Virus record (IMG/VR): IMGVR_UViG_3300031884_000939
Span: 32,001 to 96,000 of that record
Reading direction: 5' to 3' (one strand)
Origin: a virus
Length of the DNA: 64,000 bases
The translations under genes and the position numbers were made by a program. The notes beneath the pieces are model-generated. The model was given only the letters and a program-made list of their open reading frames with translations, ran no database searches and was not told the origin of the DNA. The stretch's first letter is position 1. Each line of letters begins with the position of its first letter. Of this stretch, positions 1 through 9,217 are shown one piece after another.

Positions 1-139
1 CGATTGCTTTTTCGAGAATTTCTCTTACTGGCGGGGTACCGACTACAAATAATGTTTTCATACCATACGCAATAGTATGCTCGACTTCGTAGCCTGTAAA
101 GTAAACTACATCTTGTCTTTGTTCAGTGTTTAATCCCAC
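1..139 (-). CDS. hypothetical protein, runs off the window edge (MGLNTEQRQDVVYFTGYEVEHTIAYGMKTLFVVG...)
   Basis: Hand translation; GTG start at 139 overlaps the end of the 130..1020 ORF and the frame stays open to the edge. Confidence 0.7.
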   Translation of the reverse strand, partial: MGLNTEQRQDVVYFTGYEVEHTIAYGMKTLFVVGTPPVREILEKAI

Positions 140-1020
140 TTGATATAACCTCTACTGTAGCCGCTTGGACGGTCCTTACCATCCGCAAACGCCTGATCCC
201 ACTCTATGTTACGATTATAACACTTAGTCCAGAACTTGTCAACATCAAGTTGTCCAGATTGAATCCAATATACTGCTTTCTTCATATGCCAAATAAATTC
301 TGGATTACGAGGACTAGGGAATACCATTGTACAGGCTTTCCATAATAAATTGGCAAAGTCTGTAGTTACTTTCTTTTGTGCTCCAAAAATAATTAAGGCT
401 TGGTTAGCTAAAAAGTCTTCATCAAATACAGCAGAGCCAGAACTTAAATCGATAACAATTTCGTATTTCTTTTCTGGAATAGTAGGAACCATAATATCGC
501 CCCATAAGTCTTTATTACTACGACCTACTACAGTAATATCATTTTGTACCTTGTCAATCTTAAGTGTGTTATACGCTACCCATGCTAAGAATCCGCTACC
601 AAGAATTAGTATGTTACCGTTGCGCTTGTCAATTTCGTGTTGTGCTTGACGAATCAAATTGATACCACAAGCTACAGGTTCTATAATATATTTAGGATCA
701 GCTTGGGGAATAACTACAAATTCATCTTTACGAACATTGTAGTAATCAGCATAAGCAGGTTCGCCGCGAGTAGCAACATAATCGCCTACTTGAACATCAA
801 CAACATTACCACCTACTTGGGTAACTTGACCAACACCTTCGTGTCCGCTCATTTCAATAGGCAATGGACCAAATCCACCTGTCATCATATCAATGTCCGA
901 ACGGCATACTCCAGTCATTACAGCCTTGACTTCGATTTCGTTTTCGGTGTTATCTGGCTTGTCCCACGCTAGCTCACTGAACGAACCTTTGCCGTCAGTA
1001 GCTAATAATCTTACTTTCAT
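130..1020 (-). CDS. zinc-type medium-chain alcohol/sugar dehydrogenase (MDR family)
   Basis: GVCRSD and GHEGVG motifs, EPVACG, Rossmann ILGSGFLA; no structural-Zn loop. Confidence 0.85.
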   Translation of the reverse strand: MKVRLLATDGKGSFSELAWDKPDNTENEIEVKAVMTGVCRSDIDMMTGGFGPLPIEMSGHEGVGQVTQVGGNVVDVQVGDYVATRGEPAYADYYNVRKDEFVVIPQADPKYIIEPVACGINLIRQAQHEIDKRNGNILILGSGFLAWVAYNTLKIDKVQNDITVVGRSNKDLWGDIMVPTIPEKKYEIVIDLSSGSAVFDEDFLANQALIIFGAQKKVTTDFANLLWKACTMVFPSPRNPEFIWHMKKAVYWIQSGQLDVDKFWTKCYNRNIEWDQAFADGKDRPSGYSRGYIKWD

Positions 1021-1928
1021 GCTAACTCGTAAATGTCAATGTTTTCAATAGTCTTGTGAATCCATACATCTAATTCTAGTTGTAGGTCCCAAAACGCCGG
1101 TGTGTCTTTCATTTCTATAGCAGTACTAATCATACGCTTATATGCATCTTCTGGACATAATCCAAGTTCGAAGTAGTAATGGCTACCATCTTCAAATGTC
1201 ATTAAAATACTACGGTCATCACCAGTTAATGTGCGCCAGTTAGATTCAATAATCCAATGGCAGCCATGTGTATCCACATAACTTAATTCCACTTGATCTT
1301 CTACATCATAGATACCGTTAACATCTACACGGCCATAATCTGTTTGTGTAAGTTCAGGTAATGTCCAAAAGCGTTCAGCCGATTCTGTAAGCATATTTGC
1401 TTGGTCGTAACTAAATCCAGATAATGATTGGAATAAACTTAACAAATGCGGAAGTAAATCTCTACTGACTCCACCGTATGCTAAACTCTTAGTAGTAAAC
1501 CATGTACCCGGATTAGGAACACGGTCATTGTTGTTCCAAGTTAAGTTAATGATTTTTGCTTTGTGTGCTAGTTGTGTTAGTGTAGCAATATTTTCACGAT
1601 ACTGATTATTCTTAACCATCATGAAGCGTGTATCAGGATAATCGTCTACAAGATTATACCACGCTACTGCTGACTCTAGTCCTGGCTTCTCGATAAACAC
1701 AATACGAGTATGATTTGCTATAGCACGAGCAATATCTTCGTGTGTAAAATTAGGAGTACAAATATGAGCAGTATCAAAACAAGCATGATCCTTGAATACT
1801 TCTTCCAATTCATAATAATCGGCGTCTTTACTTAAATCAGGATCGACTGTAACAATCTCATGACCAAGTTCAGTTAATACTTGTTTGTATAACTGCCCAA
1901 TGCCCATTCCTACAATAAGACTTTTCAT
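1017..1928 (-). CDS. Gfo/Idh/MocA-family NAD-dependent oxidoreductase
   Basis: IVGMGIG, ICTPNFTH, FIEKPG, GGVSRDLLPH motifs. Confidence 0.85.
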   Translation of the reverse strand: MKSLIVGMGIGQLYKQVLTELGHEIVTVDPDLSKDADYYELEEVFKDHACFDTAHICTPNFTHEDIARAIANHTRIVFIEKPGLESAVAWYNLVDDYPDTRFMMVKNNQYRENIATLTQLAHKAKIINLTWNNNDRVPNPGTWFTTKSLAYGGVSRDLLPHLLSLFQSLSGFSYDQANMLTESAERFWTLPELTQTDYGRVDVNGIYDVEDQVELSYVDTHGCHWIIESNWRTLTGDDRSILMTFEDGSHYYFELGLCPEDAYKRMISTAIEMKDTPAFWDLQLELDVWIHKTIENIDIYELA

Positions 1929-3607
1929 GCTTCACTTTCAAGTGCGTCAAGTTTAGTTTCATCCAATCCAGAATCATCCATATGGTGTTCTTCTGGTTCC
2001 TCTGCTTCAAATAAATTACTAAACATAGTACTAGCATTAACTGTTTTCTTACCAGTAGCGCCACGAGTACCGATAATGCTTTGCCAAAACTTATCATACA
2101 AATCAATAATAGCAATAGCTGTTTCACGATCCGGAGCAGCAAATATTGCTTCTACTACATCCTTAAAGTATACAGTATCAAAGCGTTCATCTACAAGCAT
2201 ATTGGGACATTTGCCCGCATCATACTCGCGATTAGCTCGTTGTACTGATTCTAAGTGTGTCCAAACATTATGTCCCATGAGTAATGCGTAAGAGAATGAA
2301 TCCCAACTTGTTTTACCTTCTTTGCCTACTTTATTTTTGTCGCCTGGTTTATATATGCAAATATCTTTAATCTGTAAGTTATTACTAACAGGACTATCGT
2401 CGAAGTGATGAATTAGTTTATCTTGTAATACAGCATCGCTAAATTTGCGTGTATCTGTGGCATACTTTTTATCGTCAACGATAGCACTCATACGATAACA
2501 CCACTTCTTACGATCTTCGATATCTATTTGATGGTAGACTTGTCCATTAGCGGTTGCTAAGAATGGACTAGCACAATCAAAACTAATAGTGAAAGCAGGA
2601 TTAACATACTTACGAACAGCCCGTTGAATATCAGTCAACAATAATGCCCATTCTAGTTTACTTGTACCCAAGAAGTGCATCCAATCTTGTTTACCTTCTT
2701 GTAGTAATCCATCGAACTTCAGTGCTACTAGTCTACGCAATACTAAGTCAACGTCACACATATTCTGGCCACCCATAGCCCAACCATTAAATGCCTTATT
2801 GCCGTAAATGTTTGGATCGCAGAAGTCTTTCATCTGAGCATACCAGTCATCGGCCTGTGCGTGATTTTCACCTTGTAGTACATTTAAGAACTTACAAGCA
2901 CCTGTGCGGTGTTTGATAAAATATTCGTTATTGTACTTGGTTGCTTCGACGGCCTGCTGATAAGATTCAATACCGGTAGCGGCACGACCAGCTGGACTAC
3001 GCTCTACCCACGCTGGAATATCAAGTACCATACCATAGTCCATAATACCGTCCATCCAAGCTAATACTTGGCTACGCTTTTTCTGTGCCGCATCTAATTT
3101 AGCTTGATATTCTTTTACATGGTCAATCTTAGTATATTTGGTGTTGCCGTTCTTATCATGTTTAGGTGTACCATCTGGCTTTAACGCAGGAACTTGTTCT
3201 ATGCCTTTAGCTATAGCCTCAGCCATTTTAGCGGCTACTTCCGGGCCGTTAGGATCACGCCATTCACCTTCCCACACACCTTTACCAATTTGGAATCCGC
3301 CCGAATCGCCTAGAATGAAAGTGTTAGCACGATCCCTGTTACGAATCATGTCTTCATTCCAGTCTTGTTTGTTAAGATCCAAGTTGGCGTGTCCTGCTGA
3401 ATACAAACTCCACTTATATGTAAACAAACCTTTTTGACTATTAAGCCAATTAAGCATTTCCATATCTTGGATATTAGTAGGCATACGGGCTTGGTCAACA
3501 TATTGACTGCCTCGTTGTTTTCCTATGTAAGTACCGTAGAACCCCGACAATGCTGGCAAAAAGATAGCATAGTCGGATTGTTTGGCAGTTAAATTATCTT
3601 GCGCCAT
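1925..3607 (-). CDS. tRNA/DNA-guanine transglycosylase-like protein (TGT/DpdA family)
   Basis: DSGGFQ, MVLDIP, VLQG, HFLG, SFDCASP and GHN motifs; canonical CxCxxC zinc motif not evident. Confidence 0.8.
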   Translation of the reverse strand: MAQDNLTAKQSDYAIFLPALSGFYGTYIGKQRGSQYVDQARMPTNIQDMEMLNWLNSQKGLFTYKWSLYSAGHANLDLNKQDWNEDMIRNRDRANTFILGDSGGFQIGKGVWEGEWRDPNGPEVAAKMAEAIAKGIEQVPALKPDGTPKHDKNGNTKYTKIDHVKEYQAKLDAAQKKRSQVLAWMDGIMDYGMVLDIPAWVERSPAGRAATGIESYQQAVEATKYNNEYFIKHRTGACKFLNVLQGENHAQADDWYAQMKDFCDPNIYGNKAFNGWAMGGQNMCDVDLVLRRLVALKFDGLLQEGKQDWMHFLGTSKLEWALLLTDIQRAVRKYVNPAFTISFDCASPFLATANGQVYHQIDIEDRKKWCYRMSAIVDDKKYATDTRKFSDAVLQDKLIHHFDDSPVSNNLQIKDICIYKPGDKNKVGKEGKTSWDSFSYALLMGHNVWTHLESVQRANREYDAGKCPNMLVDERFDTVYFKDVVEAIFAAPDRETAIAIIDLYDKFWQSIIGTRGATGKKTVNASTMFSNLFEAEEPEEHHMDDSGLDETKLDALESEA

Positions 3608-4188
3608 TATTTAAGACCCATTTGTTTTCTTATTTCAGTCGCTGAAATAGAGTGCGTATCCTCGTCGAATACTTCGTTTTCAATTTTATAACCAACATTA
3701 CGACCATAGGTAATGTTTGTAATATTAGGAACGAATACAATAATATACTGTCCTTCATACTTTTCCTTTAAATCCGCATGGATGAAGTTTTCTACTTCTT
3801 CTTTTTTAAATGGATTAGAATCATTCCAACCTTCGCAATCACGGATCATAATACAAACTTGACCTGTTTTAGCAATAGCACGGTCAAACAATGCTCTATG
3901 TCCGGCGTGCCATGGCTGCCAACGCCCTAGCATTTGAACAGTAGGCTTACGCCAATCAAATCCATCTGGATGTGCGGTTGGCTTAGTATGTCTGCCCCAT
4001 TTAATTTTATTCCAAACTCTTTCATGAAACCAAAATAAACATATTTTAGTTAACACTTCGATAGAAGCGATACTACCAGCAACTACTAGTTCTCCTGTAA
4101 CAAGAAAACTAACAATAAATGTGTCGATAGTACCAGTAAGGCGCCATGATAGCGCCTTAACTAAACTTCTAATATTAGTGTCAAACAT
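3607..4188 (-). CDS. DUF2061-like membrane domain fused to HxGH nucleotidyltransferase
   Basis: RSLVKALSWR...HERVW N-terminus; GRWQPWHAGH and ISATEIR motifs. Confidence 0.75.
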   Translation of the reverse strand: MFDTNIRSLVKALSWRLTGTIDTFIVSFLVTGELVVAGSIASIEVLTKICLFWFHERVWNKIKWGRHTKPTAHPDGFDWRKPTVQMLGRWQPWHAGHRALFDRAIAKTGQVCIMIRDCEGWNDSNPFKKEEVENFIHADLKEKYEGQYIIVFVPNITNITYGRNVGYKIENEVFDEDTHSISATEIRKQMGLK

Positions 4189-4910
4189 TATTTAGATTGA
4201 GCTGGTAGAATATAAGAATAAACAGCAAGTCCGGAATCAACAATAATCTGCATTGCGCCTTCATCACTAATACGCATTACTTTATCGCCATACAAGTCAA
4301 GAATGCCAATAACAGCTTTGACTGGCCAACTCCATGCTCGCTTGAGATCACCTTGTACATCTGGTTGGAATACAAAGTTACCAGCGTGTGTTGAATGATC
4401 TCCAAAGAAGAACTTCAAATCACCGCCGTCTACTTTAACTTGGAAATTGTTTTCTTCGCTATTAGCTGTAGCTTGCATTTTCAAACGCTGAATAGCCGCT
4501 GCGCTTGGTTCAACCTCTAAGTTCCATTTAACACCTTTGAACTTAATAGTCTTAATCTTTTCATTAGCAACTTCGGCTGCCATAAAACGATATGAATTCT
4601 TAAAGTCGCCTGCTTTGTTCACAAAGTTTAACTGATCCGGCGCATTGTCGGCTCTGCGATTAATAGCAAGTGTAGCATCTTCTTTGTACTCTTGTAAGTT
4701 CAAAAGAATTTTAAGTTTGGCTAAATTTGGCATACCAAATGTACCAATAAATTCTGCTACTGGATTGATTGTTTTACCTTCTACAACAATCGAATTATCT
4801 TCAGCTTTGCCAAAGATATTTGTTTCAGTGTCAGTTCCAACTACACGAACTTGTTCAATACTGCCCAAGTCAAAAGTATGTGAAACTAAGTCTAAAAGAT
4901 GATCACGCAT
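4188..4910 (-). CDS. DNA polymerase sliding clamp (gp45-like)
   Basis: 240 aa, near the polymerase, clamp-like C-terminus (ISDEGAMQIIVDSGLAVYSYILP). Confidence 0.65.
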   Translation of the reverse strand: MRDHLLDLVSHTFDLGSIEQVRVVGTDTETNIFGKAEDNSIVVEGKTINPVAEFIGTFGMPNLAKLKILLNLQEYKEDATLAINRRADNAPDQLNFVNKAGDFKNSYRFMAAEVANEKIKTIKFKGVKWNLEVEPSAAAIQRLKMQATANSEENNFQVKVDGGDLKFFFGDHSTHAGNFVFQPDVQGDLKRAWSWPVKAVIGILDLYGDKVMRISDEGAMQIIVDSGLAVYSYILPAQSK

Positions 4911-4966
4911 TTAATATTTCCTTTAAGTAATGTTGATAGTATAACAGGTTTATTTAGGTTTTACAA

Positions 4967-5875
4967 CTATTTTGAAACTATTTTCGCCAAAGGTTGTCCA
5001 CCTTTAATCGAATCTAAAACGCCTGGCTTACGCAACTCTAGCCAAGTACTTGCTTCGTACGTATTATAAGAATACGCAATTTCATATCCTATATTAATGG
5101 CTAAATTTTTGATAAATGAACCAGGGGTATAGGATCTATGATTTTTTTCAGCTAATCGAACAGCACTAACTCGGTCGCAATCATTAAATGTCATAATGAA
5201 AGTTCCTCCTGGTTTGAGCTTTTCGAAAACTTCTTTTAAATATTTTTGAATCATTTCAAAAGGACGATAATCCAAATAATCATAGGCCAAGCACAATCCA
5301 ATTTGATTATTAGGTATTTTACTTAAAATTTCTCGATCAAAATCTTCGACAATAGTATAAGAGCGTAGTCGATTTTGATATTGAGTACTAAAAGTGCTTA
5401 ATGCTGGTAATAATAAATCATGTTTTAAATCCACAATGTATAATGGATCATGCCCTACCATATCTTCAATAAAAGGTCCTGCGCTAGGTCTGATAATTAG
5501 TGCGGGCATACGCCAATCAGCATATAGCTTTACTCTACTACGGTATAGGTCCATGCTTATACGATTATTTGTACGGATCTTTAAGACTGTTGCGCTATCC
5601 TCGTATAATTCCCATTCAAGTACATCGGTATAAGATTTATAACTTTCTTGAAATAGTGGTGGTTCAGCATCACTAATATCTTTATCTAACTGAGTTTTTA
5701 AATTATTAAAATCGCGTTCAAACATATCAAACGCATCGTTGATATCCTGTTGTCGTTTATTAAGACTAGCGGCTAGATATGTAATTTCATTTAATGACTG
5801 ATTAGCAATATCTCTGGCAGGTACCGCAGATAATTTATCTAACTGATTTTTTAAGAATACGAGATCACTCAACAT
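4967..5875 (-). CDS. coiled-coil plus class I SAM-methyltransferase-like domain
   Basis: YLKEVFEKLKPGGTFIMTF motif; motif I is degenerate. Confidence 0.55.
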   Translation of the reverse strand: MLSDLVFLKNQLDKLSAVPARDIANQSLNEITYLAASLNKRQQDINDAFDMFERDFNNLKTQLDKDISDAEPPLFQESYKSYTDVLEWELYEDSATVLKIRTNNRISMDLYRSRVKLYADWRMPALIIRPSAGPFIEDMVGHDPLYIVDLKHDLLLPALSTFSTQYQNRLRSYTIVEDFDREILSKIPNNQIGLCLAYDYLDYRPFEMIQKYLKEVFEKLKPGGTFIMTFNDCDRVSAVRLAEKNHRSYTPGSFIKNLAINIGYEIAYSYNTYEASTWLELRKPGVLDSIKGGQPLAKIVSK

Positions 5876-5877
5876 AA

Positions 5878-8538
5878 TTAGAACTCAAATAAATTTTGAA
5901 ATGTATTTTCAGTATTAGTAGCACTAGCTAAGTCCCAATCTAATACACTTAATAAGTTATCAATCTTTTGGTCTACAATAGTAGCTTCCATTAAGGCATC
6001 ATCAAATGGAAGTTCTTTAAACCAATCAGGCAAACGTTGCTCATCTGTAGGGTAACCAATACTAGTCCAACCCAATGGATTTGGCTTTAACTTACATACA
6101 ATAGTTTTCATGCCGTCGACTACCGCAATAGAATAATTGTCGCTATTCATACGACGTAGATTGTTCCAGTTTAGTGCCGCACGAACGTGTCCTGGCATAT
6201 TAGCTTTGCCTGCTTTTTCTTCAGCCGCACCATATTTGGTCAAGTTGTTTACACGTTTAGGTGTACCCTTTTCCCAAGCTGGACGCTCAGCAAACGCATA
6301 CTTAAATTCTCTAATGCGCTCAACAATTTCTTCACGACCTGTACCAGTTAATACCTTTTCCAAAATCTCACTTAAAAACTCTTGAATTATTTTAGGAGTA
6401 TCCGAACGCTTTAAGTCTAAGCCCATAGCTTTAATCTTGCCTGGCTTACCGTCTACGTCAAGGCGCTTGCCTTCTAAGTCATAAATTAATACAGCATAAC
6501 GCTTCTTAGTAATAAACAAACTATTAGATGCTACTAGTTCGCGACCCGCTTTAATAAGTTCGCCAGCTTCACGAGGACAGTGGAAAGCCTGTTCCATAAA
6601 TGCCGGAAATGAATCATTAACTTGATCCGCAATGCTATCATAGAGTTGAATACAACTTTCTTTACTCCAAGACATCTTTCCAGCCGCCACATCATCTTTG
6701 ATAGCTGGCCACGCTGTAAAATAGCATGAGTCAGTGTCACCATAGATAATTGCTTGTCCTAAATGGTCTTTAACCCCAAAGATACATTCGTTAATATAAC
6801 TAGCCATGTGTCGAGCAATACTACGACCCGATAGTGTAGTTGACTGTCCAATACGCTTGTCAAAGAAACGACAATGTGGATTTAAAATAGCACCGTATAA
6901 CGAATTTAAGTTAATCTTCTTAACTAACTGTCGCTTATCCCAGAACGCAATCATCTTAGGATCAGTAGCTTCTTTTTTCTTAGCTTGAAGTTCTTTACGT
7001 TCAGCATACCAACGCTCTAACAATCCTGGCACAACACCTTTACGCTCATATGTAACAATAGTGCCATTAGCGGTTAGCATCCAAGGTTTGTTAGAATTAA
7101 ATACCATCTCCCAAATCTCAGCCGCACTATGTACAGTACTATCGCCATCTTGCCAGTCGATTGTAATTTCAGTACCACGCTGTTGATCCATGACCGCTGT
7201 ATATTCTAATGTAGCAAACATACCTTCCCACGCTGCCGCAAATGATTTGCCTTTACCAACAATTTCATTAATGTAACGATCAGTCATAATAGGACGAAGT
7301 TGTCCTACTACAGTTTCCATTCCCATGTTCAACGCACGAATAGCAGATGGATAAAGTGAGTTAATATCCACAGCGCCGATCCATTCATGAATACCCTTTT
7401 TAGGATACGCAACATAAGCACCTGCGGCCGCTGTATCTTCTTCGTCTGTTAATCTTTGTTTACGATTAGGTACAACAAGTCCACGCTCATGTGCTTCGTT
7501 AATAATAGCTTGTTCAGTAACAGCTACGGCACCCATTGTAGTTGCTAACAATACAGTATTGGCGTGTGCGAGTTCGTTAGCTAAGTCCAAGAAGCGTAAC
7601 TTCTTATCTAACTTGTCTAACAACAATGTATCTTGCCTGTTATACACAATAAACTGTTTAAAGTCTTGATTGTATAATTGATCCAATGTGCCTTCGTATT
7701 GTGTTTTACTTTCGCCTAGTTCATATTCAGAAATAGCATCCAATGAATAACTGTGTCGTTCTTCATAGGTGTACTTACGATATAATTGCATATAGTCCAT
7801 GTGTACACGACCTACGATATCATAAGTTGTGCTAGTAGCACCATATCGCTCAAATTCACGCTCTTTAGGGAATTGACCCCACAAGCAGAATCTGCGTGTA
7901 TCATCTTTAGACAATACTCGCTTGATACGATTTACTGTGTATGGTATATCATAGCCTTCTGAGTTCCAACCTGAAATAACATCTGCGTCATCGATTAAGT
8001 CCAGGAATGTTTTTAACATATCCTCTTCTTTTTCAAACACAATACAGTTTTCAAAGTCTTTAGCAATATCATTAGCTGTTTCGATACTCATATGCTTGGG
8101 TGGCACAACCAATGTAACTAGTTGCTCCATCCATTGTAAGTAAACAGAAATAGCTGTAATGCCGTTGAATGGATCAGTGGTAGGAGAGAATCCTTTCTCC
8201 TTGTGAAAGTCTACTTCAATGTCGAAGAATGCCGCATGGAGTTCTGGAGCATCTTTATTTTTGTAATTTTCTTCTAAACAACGGAAGATAGGATTGATAT
8301 CAGATTCATAAAGTTGTTTGCCTTTTTGAATGGCTACTTCCTTACGAAACTCTTTACTATTACGACTAGAAAAGCGGGCAACTGGTGTGCCATAGATAGA
8401 AGTAAATTTACCTCTAGGATCGTTGTAGTAAAAGATATAATCAGCGGGGTATTCTTTATAAATTCTTTCCCCGTTGATTCGTTCTACAACATGAATTCGA
8501 TCGTGTTCACGATCATATAGACAATCTACATAACTCAA
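5878..8538 (-). CDS. family B DNA polymerase with 3'-5' exonuclease (gp43-like)
   Basis: FFDIEV, GWNSEGYD, DINSLYPS, KINLNSLYG, YGDTDS, KKRY; TTG start after ACGGAG. Confidence 0.97.
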   Translation of the reverse strand: MSYVDCLYDREHDRIHVVERINGERIYKEYPADYIFYYNDPRGKFTSIYGTPVARFSSRNSKEFRKEVAIQKGKQLYESDINPIFRCLEENYKNKDAPELHAAFFDIEVDFHKEKGFSPTTDPFNGITAISVYLQWMEQLVTLVVPPKHMSIETANDIAKDFENCIVFEKEEDMLKTFLDLIDDADVISGWNSEGYDIPYTVNRIKRVLSKDDTRRFCLWGQFPKEREFERYGATSTTYDIVGRVHMDYMQLYRKYTYEERHSYSLDAISEYELGESKTQYEGTLDQLYNQDFKQFIVYNRQDTLLLDKLDKKLRFLDLANELAHANTVLLATTMGAVAVTEQAIINEAHERGLVVPNRKQRLTDEEDTAAAGAYVAYPKKGIHEWIGAVDINSLYPSAIRALNMGMETVVGQLRPIMTDRYINEIVGKGKSFAAAWEGMFATLEYTAVMDQQRGTEITIDWQDGDSTVHSAAEIWEMVFNSNKPWMLTANGTIVTYERKGVVPGLLERWYAERKELQAKKKEATDPKMIAFWDKRQLVKKINLNSLYGAILNPHCRFFDKRIGQSTTLSGRSIARHMASYINECIFGVKDHLGQAIIYGDTDSCYFTAWPAIKDDVAAGKMSWSKESCIQLYDSIADQVNDSFPAFMEQAFHCPREAGELIKAGRELVASNSLFITKKRYAVLIYDLEGKRLDVDGKPGKIKAMGLDLKRSDTPKIIQEFLSEILEKVLTGTGREEIVERIREFKYAFAERPAWEKGTPKRVNNLTKYGAAEEKAGKANMPGHVRAALNWNNLRRMNSDNYSIAVVDGMKTIVCKLKPNPLGWTSIGYPTDEQRLPDWFKELPFDDALMEATIVDQKIDNLLSVLDWDLASATNTENTFQNLFEF

Positions 8539-8542
8539 ATTA

Positions 8543-8617
8543 ATCTCCGTTTATGGCCGGTAAGCCTTGTTTCATGTTCGTTAAGCGAACGACTCTTACT
8601 GCTAACTATAATATTTA
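8543..8617 (-). promoter_or_regulatory. structured 5' leader of the polymerase gene
   Basis: TAAATA at 8612-8617, hairpins GTTCG-CTTAA-CGAAC and GGC-TTACCG-GCC, then ACGGAG SD. Confidence 0.5.
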
Positions 8618-8875
8618 TAGTGTTTTGCCCACTTGAGTTAAAATTTGTTCTAGCAAGCTATGGTCATCTTGTGTACGGCCAAATTCAGCTTTGTGAGCAA
8701 TCTTAATAGCTTTTTTAAGGATAGCTGGTTTAATTTCTAATTCTTCAGCAATAGCTTTAACTGTGTCATTCAATCCACCTTGTAGTGTTTCGATTTCCAT
8801 AGTAACAGCCATACCTTCATTGATAATTTGCTCTAATTTTTTAGTTTGTTCTGCTGTGAATACGCGGTCTGACAT
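8615..8875 (-). CDS. small dsDNA-binding protein (T4 DsbA-like)
   Basis: 86-aa helical protein, VKAIAEELEIKPAILKKAIKIAHK; AGGAG SD; upstream TTGACT-N17-TATACT. Confidence 0.6.
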   Translation of the reverse strand: MSDRVFTAEQTKKLEQIINEGMAVTMEIETLQGGLNDTVKAIAEELEIKPAILKKAIKIAHKAEFGRTQDDHSLLEQILTQVGKTL

Positions 8876-8939
8876 TTAGTTCTCCTGTTAATAATGTTAC
8901 AAGTATACAGGATATTTTGGATGAAGTCAAATGATAAAA

Positions 8940-9026
8940 GACACTTTTGGCTAAACGGTAGCGAATCGCTTTACCAAGGCAGGCTCCGCCTACACCGGCC
9001 GTTTTACAACGGTCCTAAGGGTGTTC
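8940..9026 (-). ncRNA. candidate structured small RNA of unknown family
   Basis: GC-rich intergenic island; ACACC/GGUGU enclosing CCGUU-GUAA-AACGG, AGGCGG/CUGCCU stem, third stem with AUUCGCUAC loop; TAAATA at 9039-9044. Confidence 0.6.
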
Positions 9027-9027
9027 T

Positions 9028-9128
9028 TTACATATAAGTATTTACCGAAGTACAGTTTTCAAAATGCCAACGATTCATAGCATTAGAGTAGTTGGATATC
9101 CCCATATCGCGAACTACACTTTTATTTA
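9028..9128 (-). pseudogene. homing endonuclease remnant: RNA leader joined to the last codons (MNRWHFENC...)
   Basis: Leader nearly identical to that at 15020-15070; RWHFENC matches RWHMDRC and RWHNNNC ends of the intact endonucleases in this window. Confidence 0.75.
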
Positions 9129-9209
9129 TCTATAGATAACAGGTGCGTAAGGATTAAGTTTATAATCCTCATCACCGTGTTGTTCTGGATAAACTGGATA
9201 TTCGTTCAT
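9126..9209 (-). CDS. 27-aa peptide MNEYPVYPEQHGDEDYKLNPYAPVIYR
   Basis: Hand translation; TAAATA 5 nt upstream of the ATG. Confidence 0.5.
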   Translation of the reverse strand: MNEYPVYPEQHGDEDYKLNPYAPVIYR

Positions 9210-9217
9210 ATTAATAT

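Noticed and set aside
8940-9026. tRNA or HDV-like ribozyme reading of the small RNA
   Set aside because: No T-loop/anticodon cloverleaf or CCA end, and no nested double pseudoknot could be built around GCGAAT.
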